Virus record (IMG/VR): IMGVR_UViG_3300033067_001503
Span: 1-49,205 of that record
Reading direction: 5' to 3' (one strand)
Length of the DNA stretch: 49,205 nucleotides
From: a virus
Lineage: Duplodnaviria; Caudoviricetes
The notes beneath the pieces were generated by a model, which saw nothing but the letters and a program-made list of their open reading frames with translations, made no database searches and was not told the origin of the DNA. Every line of letters begins with the position of its first letter. The first letter of the stretch is position 1. Made by a program: the position numbers and the translations under genes. Shown piece after piece: positions 1 through 6,946 of the stretch.

Positions 1-117
1 ACCGAACAGCTCCGCGCGGAACTCGCCCGCAAGGCCGCCGTGCGCGATCCTACGCTGTGGGCGATGCCGGGAATGCCTGACTGGCAGGCGGACAGAATTC
101 GCGAAGGAGGGCCGTGA
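1..117 (+). CDS. 3' end of a hypothetical phage protein (truncated by window edge)
   Basis: Open frame TEQLRAELARK...REGGP* whose TGA overlaps the start of the next gene. Confidence 0.5.
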   Translation, partial: TEQLRAELARKAAVRDPTLWAMPGMPDWQADRIREGGP

Positions 118-506
118 TGGGCATCATCTCCGCGAAGCTCCGCGCCAGCGCCAAGGGGCAGCAATGCACGTTCAACACGTCCTATTGCAACCACGACCCT
201 GAGACGACAGTCCTTTGCCACTTGCCTTCCGAGGTCAAGGGCATCGGCAACAAGTCAGACGACTTCCATGCCGCCTTCGGTTGCTCGGCTTGCCATGAGG
301 TCATTGACCAGCATCGCCTGCCGGCTGAGGCAGAGCTTTTCTACTGCTTCAGAGCCTTGCAGCGCACGCTGAAAATATGGGTTGCCAAAGGCCTCGTCGT
401 CGTACCTGGCGACATTACCAAAACGCGCCCGAAAAAGAAAACGAAATGGCCGACGAAGCCTATCCCTGCACGCCTGTTTCGAGCAAAGGACGACTCCCAT
501 GCCTGA
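114..506 (+). CDS. DUF1364/YbcO-like zinc-binding nuclease-fold protein
   Basis: KLRASAKGQQC...CNHDPETTVLCH...KSDD..AAFGCSACH motif typical of DUF1364. Confidence 0.8.
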   Translation: MMGIISAKLRASAKGQQCTFNTSYCNHDPETTVLCHLPSEVKGIGNKSDDFHAAFGCSACHEVIDQHRLPAEAELFYCFRALQRTLKIWVAKGLVVVPGDITKTRPKKKTKWPTKPIPARLFRAKDDSHA

Positions 507-900
507 CCACTTCACAGACGAGGAAGTAGAAGCGCTGAAGGCGGGATTGGAAAACCTAATTGAACAACGCATCGACCTGCTCGCGCGGATCGGACTAGAC
601 CCCTCTCGGCTTTCGACCATCAGCGACACGGCGGGTTGGATAAACAAGGCCGCCGACGCCATCCGTCGCCTCCTAGCCCGTCTTGAACAAGCGGAAGCAC
701 GGGTGAAGGAGTTGGAGGACTACGCGCGCGAGGCGACAAAGGCCATCACTGGTTTGACTGTCGGTGGCTCCGAGTTCTTCGGCAAGCGCATCGGTGAGAT
801 GTACACCGCCGATCTTCCTTACTGCGTCGAGCATATCCGCGACCGCGACCGCCGCAACCATGAGCGTCTGGTCGCCGCACTCAAGGAGCCGAAGCCATGA
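499..900 (+). CDS. hypothetical phage protein (coiled-coil)
   Basis: AAGGA RBS before ATG 499; coupled to neighbours. Confidence 0.6.
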   Translation: MPDHFTDEEVEALKAGLENLIEQRIDLLARIGLDPSRLSTISDTAGWINKAADAIRRLLARLEQAEARVKELEDYAREATKAITGLTVGGSEFFGKRIGEMYTADLPYCVEHIRDRDRRNHERLVAALKEPKP

Positions 901-1310
901 GCACCCCCGAACCTCTCCCCATCGCCTTCGGGCGCGCATCTGCCGAGAATGAAGGCGAGCCGGTGGCGTGGCAGTATCGAATACTTGCTGGCGCAGAGTG
1001 GACCTCTTGGCTGCCGCTCGATAAGCCGGAATGGTTCCTAACCAATTACGCTTTCAACATCGCCAACGGCACTGCAAAGCGTCGCCCCCTCTACGCTCGT
1101 CCAGACCCGGCAGTAGAGCGCCTACAACGGGAACTGGACGAGGCGCGGGCTTCTCTTGTGAAAGCGAGAGATGCGCTGACCAAGGCTCTTGAGCTAGCCG
1201 AACTGGCCGAAGAGTTGACCGGCAATCAAGCCGACGATGAGTTCGTGTGGTCGCTCCAAGCGCTCTTCAAGCAGACGCTCGCTGACCTGAAAGCCGGAGA
1301 CCAGCCATGA
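897..1310 (+). CDS. hypothetical phage protein (EPVAWQYR...PLYA type)
   Basis: ATGA overlap, GGAG RBS; PVAW...PLY motif common in phage early proteins. Confidence 0.65.
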   Translation: MSTPEPLPIAFGRASAENEGEPVAWQYRILAGAEWTSWLPLDKPEWFLTNYAFNIANGTAKRRPLYARPDPAVERLQRELDEARASLVKARDALTKALELAELAEELTGNQADDEFVWSLQALFKQTLADLKAGDQP

Positions 1311-1867
1311 TAGACGACCGCGCCGTAGAGGCTGCGCTGATCAAGCGCACGCTATCATATGATCCCAAGACCGGGTCTTTTGCACGCCTGCCGAGACCGC
1401 TTGAAGATTTCCCAGATGAGCGCACTTGGCACTGGTATCACACCTATTGCCTGAGCCAGCCTGTGGGTTTCATCAATCGGGAAGGTTACTTCCAGATCAA
1501 GATCGATCAGCGATCATACAGGATGCACCGCATCGCGTGGCTGCTTCATTTTGGCAACTGGCCGGCTGGGCAGATCGATCATATCAACGGAAATCGCTCT
1601 GACAATCGCATCATCAACTTGCGCCTTGTCGATCACGTAGGGAACGGCAAAAACCGCAAGAGAAGCGTTAACAACAAAAGCGGAGTAACCGGAGTTCGCC
1701 AACGTGCCCCTGGCGGGTCGTGGCTCGCACAGATCAAGGCGAACAGACGAACAATCAATTTAGGTGCCTTCCCTACTCGCGAGGAAGCCATCCGCGCACG
1801 CAAGGACGCAGAGCGCCGGCACGGGTTTCATCGCAACCACGATAGGGTGGACCCGAACAATGTCTGA
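1307..1867 (+). CDS. HNH-AP2 endonuclease
   Basis: YRMHRIAW...IDHINGNRSDNRIINLR HNH motif; C-terminal AP2-like SGVTGV...WLAQI...LGAF.TREEA. Confidence 0.92.
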   Translation: MIDDRAVEAALIKRTLSYDPKTGSFARLPRPLEDFPDERTWHWYHTYCLSQPVGFINREGYFQIKIDQRSYRMHRIAWLLHFGNWPAGQIDHINGNRSDNRIINLRLVDHVGNGKNRKRSVNNKSGVTGVRQRAPGGSWLAQIKANRRTINLGAFPTREEAIRARKDAERRHGFHRNHDRVDPNNV

Positions 1868-2189
1868 TTTGGATCGCGCGATTAAGGCAATGCGAACGGT
1901 CTTGCGCCCCTTTGTCCCGCCGAATGACGAGACGCTGGCCAGAGCGTTAACCGCCGCCGCTCCCTTCCTGACGCAAATACCGGACGGGTGCCTCAATGTC
2001 GGGCACCAGGTCGTGAAGACGAAGGGCTATCCGTTCCCCGGCGAGGTTCGCGCCGTGTTCAAAACCCGCGCCGGCTTCGTGCGCTACGTGGTCGAAGCAA
2101 CCGGCGAGGACTATCGCGGGATGCTGCATATCTTCGATGCCACGCAGCTCGCGCTTCCCCCGCCTCCACAGGAGCGCACCGATGGCTGA
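1860..2189 (+). CDS. protein with C-terminal SH3-like domain resembling DfrB/R67 DHFR
   Basis: VGHQVVKTKGYPFPGEVRAVF...YVVE...GMLHIF aligns by eye with R67 [21 protein letters not shown]...YAVE...GSVQIY. Confidence 0.5.
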   Translation: MSDLDRAIKAMRTVLRPFVPPNDETLARALTAAAPFLTQIPDGCLNVGHQVVKTKGYPFPGEVRAVFKTRAGFVRYVVEATGEDYRGMLHIFDATQLALPPPPQERTDG

Positions 2190-2544
2190 CCATGCTGCAC
2201 TGATAGAGCGGCTCGAAGCGCTAACCGGGCCGGATGCTGAGACCGACTGGCTGATCACGCAATGGGCCGATCCTGGTGCTGTGCGCCACTCTTCGGCTCA
2301 TCAGCACTATACCCGGTCACTCGACGCCGTCATTGCCCTTGTAGAGCGAGAACTGCCGGGGTGGTGCGTCGATTGTCTCCAACATATGCGCGGAGAGGAC
2401 ATGTGGAACGCCGCACTTCGCGACGACAAAGCCGACATCGATCCTATGACGAAGTGCCCGCCGCGCCGATGGGGATTTGGGGCGACTGCTTCGATCGCCC
2501 TCTGCATCGCCCTCCTGAAGGCAAAGGGTGGCGATAATGGCTAA
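2182..2544 (+). CDS. hypothetical phage protein (possible ABA-sandwich-like domain)
   Basis: LIERLEALTGPD.ETD..I...YTRSLDA..ALVER.LPGW...A.ALCIALLKA pattern; GGAG RBS. Confidence 0.6.
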   Translation: MADHAALIERLEALTGPDAETDWLITQWADPGAVRHSSAHQHYTRSLDAVIALVERELPGWCVDCLQHMRGEDMWNAALRDDKADIDPMTKCPPRRWGFGATASIALCIALLKAKGGDNG

Positions 2545-2735
2545 CCTGACCGGTCACCGCCTTAGCAAGAGCGCCCTGCTACTGCCGGGCTTCGTCGTGC
2601 TTAAGCGTAGAGGGCAAGTCGTGTGGATCGGCCCCATAAGCGCTCCGATTGAAGACGCTGAATGCGACGAAATGGTGCTCCACCCCGCCGATTTCGACCG
2701 CGTGCTTGCGGCGACAAAGGGTGGCGATAATGGCT
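2522..2735 (+). repeat. 21-bp direct repeat CAAAGGGTGGCGATAATGGCT at two gene junctions (2522-2542, 2715-2735)
   Basis: Exact copies, each containing the RBS and ATG of the next gene; both upstream genes end KGGDNG. Confidence 0.9.
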
Positions 2736-2737
2736 GA
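2537..2737 (+). CDS. hypothetical protein
   Basis: ATG within the first repeat copy, stop just after the second. Confidence 0.6.
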   Translation: MANLTGHRLSKSALLLPGFVVLKRRGQVVWIGPISAPIEDAECDEMVLHPADFDRVLAATKGGDNG

Positions 2738-3143
2738 GCCGAGACGCGCGGGCGACCTGCTTGACGCCGATCCGATCACGTTGACGGAAGCCAGCCAGGT
2801 TGTCTTGCGCGGCGTCGTTTCGGTAAGCGCCTTGCGTGCGGAGATTCGGCGCGGCAATCTTGCCGTCGAGCGCATCGGAAAGAACCTCTACACCACCCCA
2901 GCCGCGATCCGCGAGATGAGGGAAAAATGCCGCGTCAAGCAGCACCACCAAGACTCTACCTCCGAAACGACAAAGGCCGCAACGTCTGGATCATCCGCGA
3001 CAACGGCAAAGATCGACGAACTGGCTGCGCTGAAGGCGAGCGTGACCGCGCTGAAATCCGGCTCGCTGAGTACCTTGCACAAAAGCACATCGCACGACCT
3101 GCGCAAGGCGGAAAGTCCGATACCGTTTCCCTTGCCGAGGTGA
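2730..3143 (+). CDS. xis: excisionase-like winged-HTH protein overlapping int
   Basis: ITLTEAS...SVSALRAEIRRGNLAVERIGKNLYTTPAAIREM Xis/HTH_17-like motif directly upstream of integrase. Confidence 0.75.
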   Translation: MAEPRRAGDLLDADPITLTEASQVVLRGVVSVSALRAEIRRGNLAVERIGKNLYTTPAAIREMREKCRVKQHHQDSTSETTKAATSGSSATTAKIDELAALKASVTALKSGSLSTLHKSTSHDLRKAESPIPFPLPR

Positions 3144-3970
3144 TGCGGGTCTACGTCATGGAACACGCGCCGTCCACAGCCTCGCCCCATCTCATCGGAG
3201 AGCATATCGAGGGGCTGACGCCATATTGGGCGCATCGCAAGGTTGCCGACATCAAGGGCAAGACCTGCCGCGATTTTGCAGCGACCAAGAAGCCGTCAAT
3301 GGCAAGACGCCAGCTCGAAACGCTACGAGCCGCCGTGAACTACTTTCACAAGGAATATGGGCTGGACCCCGTGCCGGCGTTCACGATGCCGGCGAAGCAT
3401 CGCCCGCGCGAGCGCTGGCTGACCCGCGCGGAAGCCGCGCATCTGCTGCGCACCGCCCGCAAGACGCCTCACTTGGCCCGCTTCATCCTCATCGGGCTCT
3501 ACACCGGCACGCGCTCCGGCGCCATCCTGGGGCTGTCGTGGGTGCCTGCAATCAATACCGGCTGGATCGACCTCGACCGTGGCATCCTGCACCGCTCCGG
3601 TTCAGGCCAACGGCAGACGAAAAAGCGCCAGCCGCCCGCCAAGTTGCCGGCCCGGCTCATCGCTCATTTGCGGCGCTGGAAAGAGGCCGACAAGGGCATC
3701 CGGCACGTCATCAGTTGGAACGGTTCTTCTGTGCTTTCCATCAAGAAAGCATTCCGCTCGGCGCGCAGGGCGGCTAATCTGTCAAAGGATATAACGCCCC
3801 ATACATTGCGGCATACTTGCTCGACCTGGCTGATGCAGGCAGGCGTTGAAACGTGGGAAGCGGCGGGCTTCTTGGGCATGACCGTCGAGATGCTGGATCG
3901 CGTGTACGGGCACCATTCTCTGACATTCCAGAAGGAAGCTTCCGAGGCGATAGCGAACAGGAGAGCGTGA
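2927..3970 (+). CDS. int: tyrosine integrase
   Basis: Catalytic motifs YTGTR, HTLRHT, LGM (His replaced), VYGH; adjacent attP. Confidence 0.95.
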   Translation: MPRQAAPPRLYLRNDKGRNVWIIRDNGKDRRTGCAEGERDRAEIRLAEYLAQKHIARPAQGGKSDTVSLAEVMRVYVMEHAPSTASPHLIGEHIEGLTPYWAHRKVADIKGKTCRDFAATKKPSMARRQLETLRAAVNYFHKEYGLDPVPAFTMPAKHRPRERWLTRAEAAHLLRTARKTPHLARFILIGLYTGTRSGAILGLSWVPAINTGWIDLDRGILHRSGSGQRQTKKRQPPAKLPARLIAHLRRWKEADKGIRHVISWNGSSVLSIKKAFRSARRAANLSKDITPHTLRHTCSTWLMQAGVETWEAAGFLGMTVEMLDRVYGHHSLTFQKEASEAIANRRA

Positions 3971-4344
3971 TGGACGAACTTCGCGAACTGGATAGAGCAC
4001 TCTGCAACGTTCTTAACGGCGCATTCGATCCCTACGAACCGGTGGAGTTGTGGCGAGATGAAATCTGGAACGCAATGTCTGAGCTGGGCCACGCATATAA
4101 CGAGGCGCACCGGGCTCGCTGCTTCCCTGACTGGCGAAATGAGCCCGCCATGACGCAGGCCGCAGCATTCGGCACTTGGCGCCGTGACGTTAGGCGCGCG
4201 CATGGCAAATTCCGCATGATGGTTCTTTCGGATGAAAACGGACGACCGATTTCGGCCGAAGCTTTATCCCCAACAGGCGGTGAGCCACTCTCGCATTGGT
4301 CGCGCACAGAACGCGTCACGAACGAGAACAAAGAAAGCGCATAA
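3970..4344 (+). CDS. hypothetical protein between int and attP
   Basis: ATG overlaps int stop, AGGAG RBS. Confidence 0.5.
   Translation: MDELRELDRALCNVLNGAFDPYEPVELWRDEIWNAMSELGHAYNEAHRARCFPDWRNEPAMTQAAAFGTWRRDVRRAHGKFRMMVLSDENGRPISAEALSPTGGEPLSHWSRTERVTNENKESA
4309..4323. promoter_or_regulatory. putative alphaproteobacterial LexA (SOS) box
   Basis: GAAC-GCGTCAC-GAAC fits GAAC-N7-GAAC. Confidence 0.45.
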
Positions 4345-4378
4345 TGCGGACCATGCACGAACAAGATGGGCCGGCCAC

Positions 4379-4426
4379 TCGTTCGGGACGATGGGGTCGC
4401 AGGTTCAAATCCTGCCACTCCGACCA
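4379..4426 (+). other. attP: attP core: 3' part of tRNA-Pro(CGG)
   Basis: Anticodon loop TTCGGGA, T-arm GCAGG-TTCAAAT-CCTGC and CACTCCG-A-CCA with no 5' half; about 400 bp after int; tandem CAGATACGC (4435, 4447) may be arm-type sites. Confidence 0.9.
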
Positions 4427-4472
4427 GAAGCGCCCAGATACGCGCACAGATACGCCCCGGCATCCCCTGTTT

Positions 4473-4487
4473 GTTCACGCGCTGTTC
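4473..4487. promoter_or_regulatory. putative LexA (SOS) box
   Basis: GTTC-ACGCGCT-GTTC fits GTTC-N7-GTTC, just upstream of gene 4511. Confidence 0.55.
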
Positions 4488-4510
4488 CCGTCTTGGATAA
4501 GGGGTGAGCG

Positions 4511-5179
4511 GTGAGGGTGCTCGTCGGCTGCGAATGCTCCGGTGTGGTGCGGGAAGCTTTCCGCCGGTTCGGCCATGACGCCTGGTCGTGCGACATCAAG
4601 CCGGCTGAGGACGGCAGCCACTACCACATCAGGCGCGATGTCAGACTGGTCATGAACGATGGCTGGGACCTGGGCATCTTCCACCCGGTCTGCCGGTATC
4701 TGACGAACAGCGGGGCCAAGCACCTCTATCTCGGAATGCGCAAGGAGAACGGCCCTAATGAAGAGCGCTGGCGGCTGATGCGCGACGGCGCCGACTTCTA
4801 TCTGGAATGCTGGCAGGCGCCGATCGATCGGGTGGCAGTCGAGAACCCCATCTGGCACCGCGCCGCCGCGGAATACATCCAGGCTAAAGCGACCATCCCC
4901 CACCCGGTCAAGCGCCAGTTTGTCCAGCCGTGGTGGTTCGGGCACCTGGAGGTCAAGGCAACGGGGTGGGCTCTGAGGGGCTTGCCCGCGCTCATGCCAA
5001 CCAACGATGTTCGAGCCGAAACCTACGCCCTGCCCTATGCCGAGCGCGCCAAGGTCCACTATGCCTCACCGGGGCCAAACCGTGAGGCCAATCGCAGCAG
5101 GACGCTGCATGGCCTCGGTGACGCAATGGCAATGCAATGGGGCGGCGAGGTGGCTCAGATGAGCCTGTTCGCAGCATGA
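4511..5179 (+). CDS. phage DNA cytosine methyltransferase-like protein
   Basis: MRVLVGCECSG, SCD, HPVC (motif IV variant), VENP (motif VI). Confidence 0.75.
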   Translation: MRVLVGCECSGVVREAFRRFGHDAWSCDIKPAEDGSHYHIRRDVRLVMNDGWDLGIFHPVCRYLTNSGAKHLYLGMRKENGPNEERWRLMRDGADFYLECWQAPIDRVAVENPIWHRAAAEYIQAKATIPHPVKRQFVQPWWFGHLEVKATGWALRGLPALMPTNDVRAETYALPYAERAKVHYASPGPNREANRSRTLHGLGDAMAMQWGGEVAQMSLFAA

Positions 5180-5194
5180 CGAGGAACCCCGCCC

Positions 5195-5455
5195 ATGACT
5201 GACCTACGCGCACGGTCACGCAAGACCGCAGACCTCATCATCGACCGGCTTCTAGAGAAGGCAGGCTTTGCCGTAATACCGACTGTAGAGCGAGAACATG
5301 CTGCGGGTGTGGTTGCGGAAGCTCTTGCCGAGCAGATCGAAGCAGATGCACGGGTGGCGGAGACGTACTTTGACGTTCACCGGCGCGACTCGTACAGCGA
5401 CGAGCCAAACGAGATCGCCACCGCTATCCGCCAAGCAGGGGATAAGAAGGTATGA
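5195..5455 (+). CDS. hypothetical protein
   Basis: GAGGA RBS, coupled to next ORF. Confidence 0.6.
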   Translation: MTDLRARSRKTADLIIDRLLEKAGFAVIPTVEREHAAGVVAEALAEQIEADARVAETYFDVHRRDSYSDEPNEIATAIRQAGDKKV

Positions 5456-5682
5456 GCGACGACCTCAGCCGGGCGATGAAACCGCGTTTTAAGATGGAGA
5501 GGCGCGGCAACCAATGGTGCGTCCTGTCCCGCATGGGACGCACCGTTTACGCTGACACTTGCTACGCCAAGGTTGCTGGCGTCTTCGATTTCATCACCGA
5601 ATGGTCGGGCATGAAAGGTGCTGGCGCCGCCGATGCGGCACCGAATGCTCCTACTACACATGGCAGCGGAGACGAACAATGA
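5452..5682 (+). CDS. hypothetical protein
   Basis: ATGA overlaps on both sides. Confidence 0.5.
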   Translation: MSDDLSRAMKPRFKMERRGNQWCVLSRMGRTVYADTCYAKVAGVFDFITEWSGMKGAGAADAAPNAPTTHGSGDEQ

Positions 5683-5780
5683 CCCGCGCCCGCACGGTCT
5701 CCCTCATCCTATCCATTGCCGTGGTAGGGCTGCCGGTGTGCGCTGTAGCTGGTATCGGGAGAGCGATGGGGTGGTGGTGA
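5679..5780 (+). CDS. small membrane peptide
   Basis: MTRARTVSLILSIAVVGLPVCAVAGIGRAMGWW hydrophobic stretch; GGAG RBS. Confidence 0.45.
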   Translation: MTRARTVSLILSIAVVGLPVCAVAGIGRAMGWW

Positions 5781-5782
5781 GA

Positions 5783-5888
5783 TGAGGCGGGCCGGGGCTT
5801 GATACCCGGCTCATCTACTCCGCTCTCGCGGGATCATCGCGGCCCAAAGCTTGCGCTATGTCGCGTTTCCTTCAACGCCGCCGCCTCA
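5783..5888 (-). ncRNA. tRNA-like structured RNA without a canonical anticodon arm (C4-like architecture)
   Basis: Minus strand: terminal stem TGAGGCGG/CCGCCTCA, D-like arm GCGT-TGAAGGAA-ACGC, T-like arm GCCGGG-TATCAAGC-CCCGGC; TAGCCA-N17-TATGGA upstream. Confidence 0.6.
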
Positions 5889-5920
5889 CTGTTTCCATAG
5901 CAGAATCGAGAGTCGGTGGC

Positions 5921-5990
5921 TAGACGAGATTCACGCTTTGTGCTACCGGCAGACCATGAACCGCGTCCGCAACATAGACCGACCGCGACC
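5921..5990 (+). promoter_or_regulatory. tRNA array promoter and leader
   Basis: TAGACG-N17-TACCGG, then ATGAACCGC...GACCGACCGC; paralogous to 29490-29560. Confidence 0.6.
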
Positions 5991-6000
5991 CACCCCCGAT

Positions 6001-6076
6001 CAGGGCGTGGCGCAGTTGGTAGCGTGCCGCACTTGGAATGCGGAAGTCGTCGGTTCGAGCCCGACCGCCCTGACCA
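6001..6076 (+). tRNA. tRNA-Pro(TGG)
   Basis: Full cloverleaf CAGGGCG/CGCCCTG, CCGCA-CTTGGAA-TGCGG, TTCGAGC loop, encoded CCA. Confidence 0.95.
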
Positions 6077-6129
6077 CTCTCCAATTACGATATCGACTCA
6101 GTCGATCATCCTGACGCCCTTTCCAGTTC

Positions 6130-6215
6130 GGAAGGTGGCGCTGAATGGCCGGCAACTGGTCCCGAAAACCAGGCCAACCGAAAGGTTGAGGGTTCGATTC
6201 CTTCACCTTCCGCCA
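6130..6215 (+). tRNA. tRNA-Ser(CGA)
   Basis: GGAAGGT/ACCTTCC, CTGGT-CCCGAAA-ACCAG, long variable arm, G73, CCA. Confidence 0.88.
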
Positions 6216-6223
6216 ACATCTTA

Positions 6224-6309
6224 GGTATCGTGGCAGAGCAGTAATGCAGCGGTTTGCTAAACCGTACAACCGCAAGGTTGCGGAGGTGCAATTCCTCCCG
6301 GTACCGCCA
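6224..6309 (+). tRNA. tRNA-Ser(GCT)
   Basis: GGTATCG/CGGTACC, GCGGT-TTGCTAA-ACCGT, long variable arm, G73, CCA. Confidence 0.9.
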
Positions 6310-6310
6310 T

Positions 6311-6400
6311 GGGCTTCTTTCCCGGCGCGCGGCTGTAACCCGCGTGACTTCGAAATAGTCGGGGCAGTGTCGAGAGGTGCAAGTCCTCGGGGGCCCACCA
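6311..6400 (+). tRNA. atypical tRNA-Tyr(GTA)-like RNA lacking a D-arm
   Basis: Acceptor GGGCTTC/GGGGCCC-A-CCA, anticodon arm GCGCGG-CTGTAAC-CCGCGT, T-like arm GAGG-TGCAAGT-CCTC; only TTTCCCGGC where the D-arm should be. Confidence 0.7.
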
Positions 6401-6401
6401 C

Positions 6402-6478
6402 GCCCGTGTAGTCCAACTGGCAGAGACGGCACGCTTAGAACGTGCGCGATGGGAGTTCGAATCTCTCCACGGGTACCA
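6402..6478 (+). tRNA. tRNA-Leu(TAG), short variable loop
   Basis: GCCCGTG/CACGGGT, GCACG-CTTAGAA-CGTGC, A73, CCA. Confidence 0.9.
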
Positions 6479-6554
6479 GCCGCAGTAGCCCAACGGCAGA
6501 GGCACCGCCCTCAAAGCGCGGTCAGTGTTGGTTCAAGTCCAGCCTGCGGCACCA
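6479..6554 (+). tRNA. tRNA-Leu(CAA), short variable loop, C31-C39 mismatch
   Basis: GCCGCAG/CTGCGGC, CCGCC-CTCAAAG-CGCGG, TTCAAGT loop, A73, CCA. Confidence 0.82.
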
Positions 6555-6555
6555 T

Positions 6556-6629
6556 TCCCGCTTCGTCTAAAGGTAGGACTGCGCACTTTGAATGCGCCTA
6601 TCGTGGTTCGAATCCATGAGCGGGAGCCA
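6556..6629 (+). tRNA. tRNA-Gln(TTG)
   Basis: TCCCGCT/AGCGGGA (U1-A72), GCGCA-CTTTGAA-TGCGC, G73, CCA. Confidence 0.93.
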
Positions 6630-6634
6630 CAGCA

Positions 6635-6805
6635 CTACCCCTTCGCCTCATCAGCATCATATCGAAGCGCAGACACCGCCTGCATGATGAAGTCGATGAG
6701 CTCCGCGCGGTTCTTGAACTCGCCTGCCTTGTAGCCGTCGACCAGCAGTTCGCGCTTGAAGCCTTTTCCCGCAGGAGTGACGGCAATTTCAAACCTGGGT
6801 CTCAT
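6635..6805 (-). CDS. hypothetical 56-aa protein
   Basis: MRPRFEIAVTPAGKGFKRELLVDG...ALRYDADEAKG; ATGA overlap with upstream ORF; below the ORF-track cutoff. Confidence 0.55.
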   Translation of the reverse strand: MRPRFEIAVTPAGKGFKRELLVDGYKAGEFKNRAELIDFIMQAVSALRYDADEAKG

Positions 6806-6946
6806 CGTCCAATCACCGTTGCAATGTAATAGGGCCAGACCGAGATGTTCCAGTGCAGGGCGATGTTCATGCGGAAGAACAGCCAGCGCACGGCAAAATG
6901 GTGTATCATGATGTCGCCTCGGAATTTGCAGGCCGCGTTGCCGCCT

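Noticed and set aside
4376-4426. Functional tRNA-Pro gene
   Set aside because: No 5' acceptor strand or D-arm; better explained as attP core
6479-6554. TCA (Sec/opal suppressor) anticodon
   Set aside because: Standard register puts T33 before CAA; no Sec-type long arms; A73 fits Leu
5851-6619. ORFs overlapping the tRNA array
   Set aside because: Incidental frames across tRNA genes; only the short leader from 5956 is considered
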